From: Prevotella sp.
Lineage (GTDB): Bacteria; Bacteroidota; Bacteroidia; Bacteroidales; Bacteroidaceae
Assembly (NCBI GenBank): GCA_017524385.1
Contig: JAFWSS010000005.1
Coordinates: 10,195 to 74,194 of the forward strand
Length of the DNA: 64,000 nt
Direction: 5' to 3'
A model generated the notes under the pieces. That model ran no database searches and was not told the DNA's origin. It saw nothing but the letters and a program-made list of their open reading frames with translations. Position 1 is the first letter of the stretch; each line of letters begins with the position of its first letter. The position numbers and the translations under genes are program-made. Below, in pieces: positions 17,803 to 28,561 of this stretch.

Positions 17803-20646
17803 TCAGTTATTCTTACCCTTTGATTTCTTTATCAATCCATATTCAGCGAGCAATTCACCCACGGTTAAGTCTGTATCATCGGCCGATCTTTTATTAAACG
17901 GTGAATCAACAGGTATTTCCACGTTGAATTCCTTTTCCAAGAGCACCATGATTTCGGCCAGGTCTATTCCGTCAAAATGTAGATGCCGTTTGAAATTGGT
18001 GGATTTGGTGATGGTGACAGACGGCTTGCTCTTACGAGTACGCTCACGATAGCCATCGATAAGTTTAGCCACCTTTTTCACCAACTCGTCCTCGTTACGA
18101 CCAGAAGGTTGTATCTGTTTTGTCTTCTCTTCTTGTCCTTTATCCAAGTCGGTTTCAGCCTTTCCAGACCTCTTTCGGTATTCCATATAGCATGCCGCAA
18201 GCAAGGCTAGGATGAGGAGGATTCCGGCTACTTTGGCAATGCCCTCCGTGGTGGCGATTGACGCGGGATGGAAATCGAGCACCACCTCATGCTTGCCTGG
18301 TTCGAGGCGCAAGGCACGTAGGATGTAGTTCACCCTACCCAGTGTGGCAGGCTTGCCATCTACCGTCGCTGTCCATCCCGGATAGTAGATTTCCGAAAAG
18401 ACCACGACACCTCCCTTTCCTGTCTCTGCGGTGTAGGTGAGATGGTTGGGCTCATAGGTGTTGATGGTCACCTTTGAGGTAGAGTCCTGAGCCACGCTCT
18501 CGCCCAGACAATCCTTGAATTGTTGGTCAGCCACCGCCGTCTTGCGAAGGTCTATCCTGCCTACACGTTCTATTTCCTCATTGGCATTGGCGGCATACTC
18601 CACCTTGTCGACCACCCATGCGTTGCCGAAGGCGTAGGGGTTGACCAGCGGCACTGTCTGCCCACCCTGCAAGGGCAAAATGAAATACTTGGTGTTGAGC
18701 ATGTTGATGACGGGGAATATCGAGTCGCCAGGAATCTTGGTGAAATCGCCCTGTTGTTCTCCAATGGCCGGCATTGCTGCTTGCATCTCAGGGCCGATAT
18801 ACGCTTCTATCATTTCTTGGTAGCGGCGCAACTTGGCTGCATGGTAGCCACCCACGCTCTTGTGATAGAAAGAGGTTTCGTTCTCGTTGAAAGTGTTAGT
18901 GGCGAAATTGAGCACACGATAATCGAGCGATTTATCTTGCAAGATGGTGTTGTCGGTCTCCGTCTTCTGTTGCGGTGTCTCTTTGACCATGCTGGAAACG
19001 AACATGCCATCATTAAGGTAACGTTTGTTCACCATCCACATGTCAACGAGGCAGATAATGATAATCATTGCCACAACGCTGGCGGCTTTCACCTTGTTTG
19101 GCTTGTAGACAAGCAGTGCAATGGTTCCCAATACGATGACGATGAAAGAATTCCAACAATCAGAGGTGAAAAGGACCTGTCGCACCTCGCGAAGGTTGGC
19201 AAGGAAAGGAGCAAGTTGGTCGGCGGGGAATTGTTGAAGGGATTCCATCTCTGCAGATGACACAAAGTCTGAGAAGAAAAGCGTGGGGAAGAGCGCAAAC
19301 AAGAGACATGCACCTCCTGTCAGAAAGGCACTGAGTAATATTTTTTTGCGGTTTTCCCTCAGCTTTTCCGGTTCGTCAAAGACTTGCTTGAGGGCCATCA
19401 TGGCGAGCAGCGGTATGGTGAATTCGGCTATGACGAGTATGGATGCCACGGTGCGGAATTTGGAATACATGGGGAAATGGTCGATGAAGAAATCGGTGAG
19501 CCCCATGAAGTTCTTTCCCCATGATAGCATGATGGACAGGATGGTGACTGCCAGCAACGCCCATTTCATCGGTCCTTTCACAATGAACAATCCCAGGATG
19601 AAAAGCATGACGATGAAGGCTCCCACATAGACGGGACCGCTCGTCCCCGGTTGTTCGCCCCAATATTGGCCTATTTGTTGATAAAGGTCATAATATTGCG
19701 GATTGGCCTTTTCCATTGCCTTCTCACTGTTGCTCAGTGGTACGGATGCGCCACCCTTGACGTTGGGGATGAGCAGCGACCATGTCTCTCCGATGCCATA
19801 ACTCCATTGGGTGATGTAGTCGCGCTCCAATCCGCTATCGGTCTGGTTGGCGCTGTTCTCCTTCACCAGCTCACTCTTTCCGCGCATCGACTCCTTGGAG
19901 TACTGCCATGTATGATAGAGGTTGGAAATGTTCATGCAAATGCCTATGGCAGCAGCCACGGCACATACGGCGGAAGCCTTGAGGAAGCGGGCCATTTGTT
20001 TTTCACGGATGGCTTCCACGAGGAAGGCGACAATCATGAAGAAAATGATGAAGAGGTAGTAGTAGGTCATCTGAACGTGATTGGCGTTCACCTCAAAGGC
20101 GGCGAAAAGTGCCGTCACCACCAGGCCCCACATGTATTTCCCTCGATAGGCCAAGACGATGCCCGCTATCATCGGTGGCAGGTAGGCTAACGCCCACACT
20201 TTCCAGATATGTCCTGCCGCAATGATGATGAAGAAATAACTGGAGAAGGCCCACACGATGGCTCCAAGCGACGCGAGCAAAGGTCGGAAATTGAAGGCTC
20301 GCATAAGGATGTAGAAGCCCAAGAGATAGACAAAGACATACCACACATTGTCTGGAAGCCAAAGATGGTAGGCTTTGACCACCTGCGAGAGGATATCGGT
20401 GCTGCTATACGACGGTGAGGTCTGGTAGGTAGGCATTCCGCCAAAGGTGGCGTTTGTCCAGCGTGTGCGTTCCCCAGTCTTCTGGTAGTATTCCAGCGCC
20501 TCTTGTCCAGCCCCTCTTCCTGCGGCGGTGTCATGCTGGTAGAGTATCCTCCCTTCTGTGTCGGCAGGGTAGAAATAGGCAAATGCGATGAACACGAAAG
20601 CCACGACAGCAATGATGTCGGGCAGGATTTTTTTCAGTCTTTCCAT
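17803..20646 (-). CDS. YfhO-family (GT-C) polytopic membrane protein with a C-terminal ACP-like extension
   Basis: WTNATFGGMPTY, GYHAAKLRRY, FSEIYYPGW..TVDG, RVNYILRAL; many TM helices; likely start ATG 20646; extra ~120-aa tail. Confidence 0.85.
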   Translation of the reverse strand: MERLKKILPDIIAVVAFVFIAFAYFYPADTEGRILYQHDTAAGRGAGQEALEYYQKTGERTRWTNATFGGMPTYQTSPSYSSTDILSQVVKAYHLWLPDNVWYVFVYLLGFYILMRAFNFRPLLASLGAIVWAFSSYFFIIIAAGHIWKVWALAYLPPMIAGIVLAYRGKYMWGLVVTALFAAFEVNANHVQMTYYYLFIIFFMIVAFLVEAIREKQMARFLKASAVCAVAAAIGICMNISNLYHTWQYSKESMRGKSELVKENSANQTDSGLERDYITQWSYGIGETWSLLIPNVKGGASVPLSNSEKAMEKANPQYYDLYQQIGQYWGEQPGTSGPVYVGAFIVMLFILGLFIVKGPMKWALLAVTILSIMLSWGKNFMGLTDFFIDHFPMYSKFRTVASILVIAEFTIPLLAMMALKQVFDEPEKLRENRKKILLSAFLTGGACLLFALFPTLFFSDFVSSAEMESLQQFPADQLAPFLANLREVRQVLFTSDCWNSFIVIVLGTIALLVYKPNKVKAASVVAMIIIICLVDMWMVNKRYLNDGMFVSSMVKETPQQKTETDNTILQDKSLDYRVLNFATNTFNENETSFYHKSVGGYHAAKLRRYQEMIEAYIGPEMQAAMPAIGEQQGDFTKIPGDSIFPVINMLNTKYFILPLQGGQTVPLVNPYAFGNAWVVDKVEYAANANEEIERVGRIDLRKTAVADQQFKDCLGESVAQDSTSKVTINTYEPNHLTYTAETGKGGVVVFSEIYYPGWTATVDGKPATLGRVNYILRALRLEPGKHEVVLDFHPASIATTEGIAKVAGILLILALLAACYMEYRKRSGKAETDLDKGQEEKTKQIQPSGRNEDELVKKVAKLIDGYRERTRKSKPSVTITKSTNFKRHLHFDGIDLAEIMVLLEKEFNVEIPVDSPFNKRSADDTDLTVGELLAEYGLIKKSKGKNN

Positions 20647-20680
20647 TTTATAAAATGTGGTATGGTTTAGTATGATTGTG

Positions 20681-20785
20681 CAAAGATAGTGCAAACCGAG
20701 CGAAGCGCAAAATAAATAGATTAATTATTTTCGATTCCAATTGACAAAGCCATAATCGCCAAAGCCAAAAGCGTTTGCAAAAATA
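20681..20785 (-). promoter_or_regulatory. Two tandem -7 boxes upstream of yfhO-fkp
   Basis: Minus-strand TATCTTTG (20681-20688) and TATTTTTG (20778-20785). Confidence 0.5.
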
Positions 20786-20885
20786 CGAATGATTTGCTAA
20801 AGATGCAAATTATTCCATGGCTTGGGGGCTTCGTTTTGCCGGGCAAAAAAAACGGCTCCTTGGATAACCAAAAGCGTATGAAGCA

Positions 20886-20926
20886 TCAAGGCCACTGAAC
20901 CGTGTGGACACGGTCAATGGCCTTGA
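20886..20926 (-). terminator. Hairpin downstream of mutAB (probable terminator)
   Basis: tcaaggcca...accgtgt gg acacggt...tggccttga interrupted stem, about 20 nt after the mutase stop. Confidence 0.6.
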
Positions 20927-20947
20927 ATGAATCTAGTCGGGTTTGTC

Positions 20948-23110
20948 CTACTTGTCGAGCAAGATGTTCATCATTTCCACGGCGGCTTTCGCCACAGAAG
21001 TGCCCGGGCCGAAGATGGCAGCCACGCCGGCCTTGTAGAGGAAGTCGTAATCCTGGGCAGGGATGACACCGCCGGCAATCACCATGATGTCCTCACGGCC
21101 AAGTTTGCGCAACTCTTCGATGAGTTGTGGAATCAAGGTCTTGTGTCCTGCTGCAAGCGACGACGCTCCCACGATGTGCACGTCGTTCTCCACTGCCTCT
21201 CTGGCAGCCTCTGCCGGAGTTTGGAAGAGCGGCCCCATGTCCACGTCGAAGCCACAGTCGGCATAACCCGTAGCCACCACTTTGGCGCCACGGTCGTGAC
21301 CATCCTGTCCCATCTTTGCAACAAAGATACGCGGGCGACGGCCTTCTTTCTTGGCAAACTCCTCTGTCAACTCGCAAGCTTTCTCAAAGTCGGAGTCGTT
21401 TTTGCTTTCTGATGAATACACGCCTGAAATAGTTCTGATTATTGCTTTGTAACGTCCCACGATTTCCTCGCAGGCATCGCTTATCTCACCCAAGGTGCAC
21501 CTGAGTTGGGCTGCCTTGACAGCCAAGTCAAGCAAGTTGTCCTTGCTCTTGCGTCCCTCGTTGAAGTCGCGCACGCAAGCAGTGATGGCTTTGAGTGCCT
21601 CCTGGCAAGCGGCCTCGTCGCGAGAGCCACGAACCTCGGCCAAGGACTCTTCCTGCTGCTTGCGCACGGCGGTGTTGTCCACCTCGAGGATGTCGATGGG
21701 ATCTTCGTGGTCCAGACGATACTTGTTGGTGCCGACGATGGTTTGCACACCTGAGTCGATACGCGCCTGGGTGCGGGCTGCTGCCTCTTCGATACGCATC
21801 TTGGGAATACCGGTCTCGATGGCCTTGGCCATACCTCCAAGTTTCTCAATCTCCTGGATGTGCTCCCATGCCTTGTGGACCAATTCGTTGGTGAGAGTCT
21901 CCACGTAGTAGGAACCAGCCCACGGGTCGATTTGCTTGCACACCTTGGTCTCGTTCTGGATGTAGATCTGGGTGTTGCGGGCAATGCGAGCCGAGAAGTC
22001 GGTTGGCAGTGCGATGGCCTCGTCAAGGGCGTTGGTGTGCAACGACTGTGTATGTCCGAGCACGGCTGCCATGGCCTCGATGCAGGTACGTCCCACATTG
22101 TTGAAGGGATCCTGTTCGGTGAGCGACCATCCAGAAGTCTGGGAGTGGGTGCGCAGTGCCAGCGACTTGGGGTTCTTGGCCCCGAAGCTCTTCACTATCT
22201 TAGCCCAGAGCAGGCGTCCGGCACGCATCTTGGCAATCTCCATGAAGTGGTTCATGCCGATGGCCCAGAAGAACGACAGGCGTGGTGCGAATGCATCAAC
22301 GTCGATTCCGGCGTTCACACCTGTGCGGATGTAGTCCATGCCGTCGGCCAAGGTGTAAGCCAGCTCGATGTCGGCAGTGGCACCTGCCTCTTGCATATGG
22401 TAGCCGGAGATGGAGATGGAGTTGAACTTTGGCATTTTCTGAGAGGTGAACTCAAAAATGTCGGCGATGATCTTCATCGAGAATGCAGGCGGATAGATAT
22501 AGGTGTTGCGCACCATGAACTCCTTTAGGATGTCGTTCTGAATCGTTCCTGCCATTTCCTCCAACTTGGCTCCCTGCTCCAATCCTGCCACGATATAGAA
22601 AGCGAGGATGGGCAGCACGGCACCGTTCATCGTCATCGACACCGACATCTTGTTGAGTGGTATGCCCGAGAAGAGCACTTTCATGTTCTCCTCATTACAG
22701 ATGGAAACACCGGCTTTTCCCACATCGCCAACGACACGTGCATTGTCGGGGTCGTAGCCACGGTGTGTGGGAAGGTCGAAAGCCACCGACAAACCCTTCT
22801 GTCCAGAAGCAAGGTTGCGGCGATAGAAAGCGTTCGACTCCTCTGCGGTGGAGAATCCTGCATATTGGCGAATGGTCCAGGGGCGGAAGGGATACATCAT
22901 GGAATACGGTCCGCGAAGGTAAGGCGGTATGCCGGCGGCGAAGTCGAGATGCTCCATGCCTTCGAGGTCCTCCTTGGTGTATACTGGTTTCACCTCAATA
23001 TGCTCAGGTGTCTTCCAGTTGTAGTCAATGCCGTTGGCTGTCTGCCACTCAGCACCATTTTGCGGCTGAATGCCAGCATATATATCAATGTCTTTAAAAT
23101 TCTTTCTCAT
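20948..23110 (-). CDS. scpA: Methylmalonyl-CoA mutase, large catalytic B12-binding subunit
   Basis: [40 protein letters not shown] (DxHxxG), SSLAAGH. Confidence 0.97.
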   Translation of the reverse strand: MRKNFKDIDIYAGIQPQNGAEWQTANGIDYNWKTPEHIEVKPVYTKEDLEGMEHLDFAAGIPPYLRGPYSMMYPFRPWTIRQYAGFSTAEESNAFYRRNLASGQKGLSVAFDLPTHRGYDPDNARVVGDVGKAGVSICNEENMKVLFSGIPLNKMSVSMTMNGAVLPILAFYIVAGLEQGAKLEEMAGTIQNDILKEFMVRNTYIYPPAFSMKIIADIFEFTSQKMPKFNSISISGYHMQEAGATADIELAYTLADGMDYIRTGVNAGIDVDAFAPRLSFFWAIGMNHFMEIAKMRAGRLLWAKIVKSFGAKNPKSLALRTHSQTSGWSLTEQDPFNNVGRTCIEAMAAVLGHTQSLHTNALDEAIALPTDFSARIARNTQIYIQNETKVCKQIDPWAGSYYVETLTNELVHKAWEHIQEIEKLGGMAKAIETGIPKMRIEEAAARTQARIDSGVQTIVGTNKYRLDHEDPIDILEVDNTAVRKQQEESLAEVRGSRDEAACQEALKAITACVRDFNEGRKSKDNLLDLAVKAAQLRCTLGEISDACEEIVGRYKAIIRTISGVYSSESKNDSDFEKACELTEEFAKKEGRRPRIFVAKMGQDGHDRGAKVVATGYADCGFDVDMGPLFQTPAEAAREAVENDVHIVGASSLAAGHKTLIPQLIEELRKLGREDIMVIAGGVIPAQDYDFLYKAGVAAIFGPGTSVAKAAVEMMNILLDK

Positions 23111-23123
23111 GACTTTCGACTAT

Positions 23124-24974
23124 TTAAATTCCCAACTTGGCATTATATTCCTTAAGCGTGTCCAGAACGTTGCAACGCACATGGACGAAGTTCTCGATTC
23201 CTGCGGCCTTGAGATCCTCCATGCAAGCAGGAGCTCCTGCCACCACGAACATGGCACGACCGTCAAGATACTTGAATGCTGGGATGGCATACTCGGCATA
23301 CTCGTCATCGCTGGAGCAAATCACCACGATGTCGGCACCTGCCTCGAGAGCGGCATCCACACCTTCTTCCACGGTCTTGAAGCCCAAATTGTCTATCACC
23401 TTGTAACCGGCACAAGCGAGGAAGTTGCATGAGAACTGTGCGCGAGCCTGACGCATGGCCAGGTTGCCAATGGTGAGCATGAACGCCACCGGAACACGGG
23501 TGTTTTCCGTATGGATGCGCAAATCCTCGAAATCGGCGGCAAGCCTGGTGGAACTCACCGACTTGAACTCACCTTCCTCCTTTTCAGCACAACCACAGCA
23601 AGCCTTGCGGGGTGTCTTGCCATCCGACTTCTCAATGAAGTTGGGGAATTGGTTGGTGCCAAGGATGAATTCCTTCCTCTTTGCGGCATCTGCATGTCGC
23701 TTGGCGTTGGTGGCATTGATGACATCTTGTATCTTCCCTGCCTTGGCTGCCTCGAGGAACCCACCATCCTCCTCCACTTGCAGGAAGATTTTCCATGCCT
23801 CCTGGGCAAGGCTGTTGGTGAGATGCTCGATGTAATAAGAACCTGCTCCCGGGTCGACGACCTGTCCGAAATGGCACTCTTCCTTGAGAAGGAGCTGCTG
23901 GTTGCGGGCGATGCGCTCAGAGAAGTCGTTGGGCTGTTCATAAGGCAAGTCAAACGGTGTTACCACCAGCGAATGGATGCCTCCAAGGGTGGCGCTCATG
24001 GCTTCCGTCTGTGAGCGCAGCAGATTGACGTAACTGTCGAAGAGGGTTTGGTTGTATTCCGAAGTGATGGCGTTGACAACCATCTTGCAAGCGCAGTCGC
24101 ATTTTGGCTCGTATTGTTTCACAATCTGGGCCCAAAGCAGACGTGCGGCGCGGAACTTGGCCAACTCCATGAAATAGTTCTCACTCACACCCATGTTGAA
24201 CTTGACCTTCTTGGCGGCGAGGTCGATGTCGATGCCTGCGTCAGTGAGTTGCTGCAAATATTCATTGCCCCAGGCCATTGCATAGCCCAACTCCTGGACG
24301 ATGTATGCGCCGGCGTTGTTGAGTGCCACAGAGTTGACTGTGATGCACCTGAATTTTGGATAGTCCTTGAGCGCCTCCACGATTTTGGGAGCGTCATCAA
24401 GCACTTTCAGAACGTTCTTGCCCTTGACAACCAGTTTCTCTATTGGGTCGAAATCGATGCTGCCCACGAGTTTCTCCTTGTCATAGCCTTTCTCCTCGAA
24501 ATAGGCCTTGAGAATGTTCACCAACTCCAACGTGTGAGACTTGCAAGTGCAGAAATTCACTTCTACGCACTCGCAGAGGATGCCGGAAAGCAATGTGTCG
24601 ATGAAGGCGGCGTCAACCTTGTCGCCCGGAATGCAGAAACCTAGCGAGTCAACACCCTTGTTGAGGATGTCGAGTGCCTTGGCATTGGCCTTCTGAGCGT
24701 CATCGGCAAAGATGTCCTGCCTTACATACCATGTGTTGTCGTCCTTGTGGTTTCCCCTGACAAATGGAAATTCGCCGGGGAGGGACTCGGGTGTCTTGAG
24801 TTTCAACACGTCTTCCCTGCGATAGAAAGGCTGGACGTTGAATCCCTCATTGGTTCTCCACACTAGTTTCTTGTTGAAGTCTGCCCCTTTCAAGTCCACC
24901 TGGATCTTGTCGAGCCATTCTTGGGTGGTAGGAGCTTGAAACTCGGTGAAGAGTTTTTCCTTGTTGTTTGACAT
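23124..24974 (-). CDS. mutA: Methylmalonyl-CoA mutase small subunit
   Basis: GEFPFVRG, AKFRAARLLW, RIARNQQLLLKEE, VDPGAGSYYIE, CSSDDEY; directly upstream of the large subunit. Confidence 0.95.
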   Translation of the reverse strand: MSNNKEKLFTEFQAPTTQEWLDKIQVDLKGADFNKKLVWRTNEGFNVQPFYRREDVLKLKTPESLPGEFPFVRGNHKDDNTWYVRQDIFADDAQKANAKALDILNKGVDSLGFCIPGDKVDAAFIDTLLSGILCECVEVNFCTCKSHTLELVNILKAYFEEKGYDKEKLVGSIDFDPIEKLVVKGKNVLKVLDDAPKIVEALKDYPKFRCITVNSVALNNAGAYIVQELGYAMAWGNEYLQQLTDAGIDIDLAAKKVKFNMGVSENYFMELAKFRAARLLWAQIVKQYEPKCDCACKMVVNAITSEYNQTLFDSYVNLLRSQTEAMSATLGGIHSLVVTPFDLPYEQPNDFSERIARNQQLLLKEECHFGQVVDPGAGSYYIEHLTNSLAQEAWKIFLQVEEDGGFLEAAKAGKIQDVINATNAKRHADAAKRKEFILGTNQFPNFIEKSDGKTPRKACCGCAEKEEGEFKSVSSTRLAADFEDLRIHTENTRVPVAFMLTIGNLAMRQARAQFSCNFLACAGYKVIDNLGFKTVEEGVDAALEAGADIVVICSSDDEYAEYAIPAFKYLDGRAMFVVAGAPACMEDLKAAGIENFVHVRCNVLDTLKEYNAKLGI

Positions 24975-25036
24975 AGCGAAATGTTTAAAATATAAGTTTT
25001 ACGAAAAATCAAGATGATGTTTCTAAAAATAACATG

Positions 25037-25333
25037 CAAAGGTAGTCTTTTTTCATGAGTTGGTGAAATGAAATTGAAAGAAAATGGTGTTTTCATGCGA
25101 AAATTTGCATTTATGGCGTATTATTTCTTCTTTTGCGCTCCATTTCAAAAGAATGGTGATGAAGTTGGACAAAAATAAATTAAGGTGTAACCTCTCTTCG
25201 CATCACTTGAAAAATAGAATTAGTTTTTACATTTTTGTCTAGAAACGAGAAAGATTCTGCATCAAACAAACAACAAAAGCAATATTTTTTTGAAGAGAAA
25301 TACACGCAAGTTCACTTTTTTTTCTTAACTTTG
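25037..25333. promoter_or_regulatory. Divergent promoters for mutAB and the aminotransferase operon
   Basis: Minus-strand TACCTTTG (25037-25044); plus-strand TAACTTTG (25326-25333). Confidence 0.6.
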
Positions 25334-25415
25334 CACTCATAAAATGCCGTGATTGCCATTGGCAGGCAGTCGTCGTGCATATAAGAAATTGTCTAATTTG
25401 CACAACATCAACAAT

Positions 25416-26585
25416 ATGGATAGAGTTTACCTTTGTCTTGCGCATATGAGCGGTAACGAGATGAAATACATCAAAGAGGCGTTCGACACCAACTGGGTAG
25501 TCCCTCTTGGTCCAAATGTAGATGCTTTTGAGGCTGACTTGGAAAAATTTGCCGGCGAGGGAAAAAAAGTTGTCGCACTCGCATCAGGTACAGCCGCCGT
25601 GCATCTTGCTATGGTATCGTTAGGGATTGGAAAAGGAGACGAGGTGATATGCCAAAGTTTCACATTCGCCGCTTCCTGCAACCCCGCACTCTACCTTGGA
25701 GCCACTCCTGTCTTTGTCGGTTCAGAAGAGAAAACCTGGAACATCGACCCAAACAAGTTGGAGGATGCCATCAAGCAACGAATCAAAGCCACAGGCAAAA
25801 AACCCAAAGCCATCGTACCTGTGTACATGTATGGCATGCCAGCATACATTGATGAGCTGATGGAGATAGCCAACCGTTATGACATACCCGTCATCGAAGA
25901 CTCCGCAGAAGCATTCGGTTCTCTCTACAAAGGCAGGATGACAGGCACCTTCGGCCGTTTCGGCATCATGAGTTTCAATGGCAACAAGATGATCACCACT
26001 TCCGGCGGGGGGGCTTTGATATGCCCCGACAAGAAGACGAAGGAAAAAGTGATGTATTATGCCACACAGGCAAGAGAGCCGAAACCATACTACCTCCACA
26101 AGGAAGTAGGGTTCAATTACCGCATGAGCAATGTGTGCGCAGGAATAGGGCGAGGCCAAATGACCATCATTGACGAACATCTTTCACACCATCGCCATAT
26201 AGCAAAGATGTATGCCGATGCTTTTGCCGAAAATGAGAGGATAAGGATGCATGTGGAGCCCGAAAGCTATATGAACCCCAACTACTGGTTGAGCACCATC
26301 ACATTCGAGACAGAAGAGAGCAGGCGCCCTTATGCCCCAGGAGAGGCCATCGAGCCCTGCGACATTGTCATGAAAGCCATGGATGCATTGGCCGCACAAG
26401 GCATTGAAAGCAGACCTTTATGGCGCCCCATGCATACACAACCTCTTTATAAAGATGCGCCAGCATTTGTGGATGGCACTTGTGAGCGACTTTTCAGGAA
26501 AGGCCTCTGCCTGCCTTCCGGGCCATGTGTCACCGACAATGACGTAGAGCGTGTCATATCCATCCTGAAAGATTGTGTTGAATAA
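25416..26585 (+). CDS. DegT/DnrJ/EryC1/StrS sugar aminotransferase (PglE/EpsN-like)
   Basis: SGTAAVHLA, IEDSAEAFG, SFNGNKMITTSGGG (PLP Lys), GFNYRMSN, RPLWRPMH, LCLPSG; ATG 25416. Confidence 0.92.
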   Translation: MDRVYLCLAHMSGNEMKYIKEAFDTNWVVPLGPNVDAFEADLEKFAGEGKKVVALASGTAAVHLAMVSLGIGKGDEVICQSFTFAASCNPALYLGATPVFVGSEEKTWNIDPNKLEDAIKQRIKATGKKPKAIVPVYMYGMPAYIDELMEIANRYDIPVIEDSAEAFGSLYKGRMTGTFGRFGIMSFNGNKMITTSGGGALICPDKKTKEKVMYYATQAREPKPYYLHKEVGFNYRMSNVCAGIGRGQMTIIDEHLSHHRHIAKMYADAFAENERIRMHVEPESYMNPNYWLSTITFETEESRRPYAPGEAIEPCDIVMKAMDALAAQGIESRPLWRPMHTQPLYKDAPAFVDGTCERLFRKGLCLPSGPCVTDNDVERVISILKDCVE

Positions 26586-28561
26586 TGAACAAAAATCTCT
26601 CAGCCATCATTGCCGACCTCAAGAAGCCTTATAACAAACTTCTTGAATGGTATTTCACCAAGAAAGCCCTACCCTATTGGACCGTATTGGCACTCGACTG
26701 CCTTATCTGCTATCTATCAGGAATCTTCGTGCTCCTGCTCTTCACTAGTGCGGATTCCATCATCACCCATTTCGGAGCAGCATCGAGAACCATACTCATC
26801 TACATGATTTTCAACCTCATTGGGTTCAAGGTGTTCCACACCTATGCCGGGGTGGTGAGATATTCTTCATTCGTAGACCTCAGGCATGTGTTCTATGCCA
26901 TGTTGTTGTCATGCGTGATAGCGGAGGTCATGCATTTCCCCATTGCGTGGCTCCACGTGGGATTCAAGGAGATTTTCCACAAAGGATTGTTCGTCCCTTT
27001 GCGAGGAAGGCAAATATTGGCTATGTACATCTTGGCCATGATCCTTATGTGGATATGGCGTGTCTGGGTTAAAACCATTTTCGACGTATCCTACAAACGG
27101 GAAAAAGCCCAAAGAACCCTCATTTACGGTGTAGGTGACGGAGGCGTGGGATTGGCCAAGAACATACGCAACCAAAAAGAAGCCAACTACTCTCTACGCG
27201 GTTTTCTCACCAGCGACAAGGATTACAAGGGAAAACTGTTGATGGGCGAAAAGGTGTATATCATCAACGACAACCTGCAGAACATACTAGAGGAAAAAGG
27301 CATACAGGTGGTCTTGATTTCACCCCTCCAAACGGCAAGGTTTCGCAAAAACAAGGAATTGCAAAAAGTTCTCATCGACCTTGGCATCAAGATTTTCATT
27401 GTGGAAGGCACGAAGGAGTGGACCAAGGATTCCGACTTTACCAATGTGCAACTCAAAGCCATCAGCGTGGAAGACCTGCTCCCACGCGACGAGATACAAG
27501 TGGATATGGAGAAAGTGGGCCAGATGCTGACGGGAAAGAAAATACTTGTCACGGGCTCGGCCGGCTCCATCGGTTCGGAAATAGTAAGGCAAATCAGCGC
27601 TTACAGTCCTGCAGAGATGATGCTGATCGACTCGGCGGAAACACCTCAGCACGACATCCGCCTGATGATGCAGAAAGAATGGCCAAACATCAAGACCAGC
27701 ACAGTGGTGGCTTCCATATCCAATGCTTCCCGCATGGAGTATATCTTCCAACAATTCCACCCCGACTACGTGTTCCATGCTGCTGCTTACAAGCATGTAC
27801 CAATGATGGAAGACAACCCCAGCGAGAGTGTTCAGAACAACATCTATGGGACAATGGTCATTGCCGACTTAAGCGTCAAATACGGCGTGAAGAAATTTGT
27901 CATGCTTTCCACCGACAAAGCCGTCAATCCCACCAATGTGATGGGTTGCTCCAAACGAATTTGCGAGATTTATGTGCAAAGTCTGGACAAAGCCATCAAG
28001 AAAGGCGAGATACAAGGCGTGACTCAATTTGTCACCACGCGTTTCGGAAACGTACTGGGGTCAAACGGCTCCGTCATCCCTTTGTTCGAGAAGCAAATCA
28101 AGGCTGGAGGACCGGTCACCGTCACCGACGAGCGCATCATCCGATTCTTCATGCTCATTCCCGAAGCATGCAAACTGGTGCTTGAGGCTGGCACCCACGG
28201 GAAAGGTGGTGAAATATTCGTCTTCGACATGGGGGAGCCTGTCAAGATTTCAGAGTTGGCAAAAAACATGATCAAACTGAGTGGAGCGAAGAACATTGAA
28301 ATCAAATACACAGGCTTGCGCCCCGGGGAAAAACTCTACGAGGAACTGTTGTCCACAGAAGAGAACACCAAGCCTAGCTTCCATGAAAAAATCAGGATTG
28401 CCGAGGTACGAGAATACGACTATTCAGGCGTCAGGAAAGAGATAGAGCAACTGATAGCCATTGCCAACACTTACAATGAAATGCAAATAGTGGCAAAGAT
28501 GAAAGAAATAGTACCGGAATACAAATCCAACAACTCCGTCTTTCAGAAACTCGACCAATGA
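26585..28561 (+). CDS. UDP-GlcNAc 4,6-dehydratase (CapD/PglF/WbpM family)
   Basis: N-terminal TMs; TGSAGSIGSE, HAAAYKHVP, STDKAVNPTNVMGCSKR, RFGNVLGSNGSV, GLRPGEKLYEEL. Confidence 0.93.
   Translation: MNKNLSAIIADLKKPYNKLLEWYFTKKALPYWTVLALDCLICYLSGIFVLLLFTSADSIITHFGAASRTILIYMIFNLIGFKVFHTYAGVVRYSSFVDLRHVFYAMLLSCVIAEVMHFPIAWLHVGFKEIFHKGLFVPLRGRQILAMYILAMILMWIWRVWVKTIFDVSYKREKAQRTLIYGVGDGGVGLAKNIRNQKEANYSLRGFLTSDKDYKGKLLMGEKVYIINDNLQNILEEKGIQVVLISPLQTARFRKNKELQKVLIDLGIKIFIVEGTKEWTKDSDFTNVQLKAISVEDLLPRDEIQVDMEKVGQMLTGKKILVTGSAGSIGSEIVRQISAYSPAEMMLIDSAETPQHDIRLMMQKEWPNIKTSTVVASISNASRMEYIFQQFHPDYVFHAAAYKHVPMMEDNPSESVQNNIYGTMVIADLSVKYGVKKFVMLSTDKAVNPTNVMGCSKRICEIYVQSLDKAIKKGEIQGVTQFVTTRFGNVLGSNGSVIPLFEKQIKAGGPVTVTDERIIRFFMLIPEACKLVLEAGTHGKGGEIFVFDMGEPVKISELAKNMIKLSGAKNIEIKYTGLRPGEKLYEELLSTEENTKPSFHEKIRIAEVREYDYSGVRKEIEQLIAIANTYNEMQIVAKMKEIVPEYKSNNSVFQKLDQ

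Noticed and set aside
20886-20926. GCCACTG inside a hairpin near mutAB, suggesting a cobalamin riboswitch
   Set aside because: It lies downstream of the operon, lacks the other B12-box elements, and is better explained as a terminator stem.
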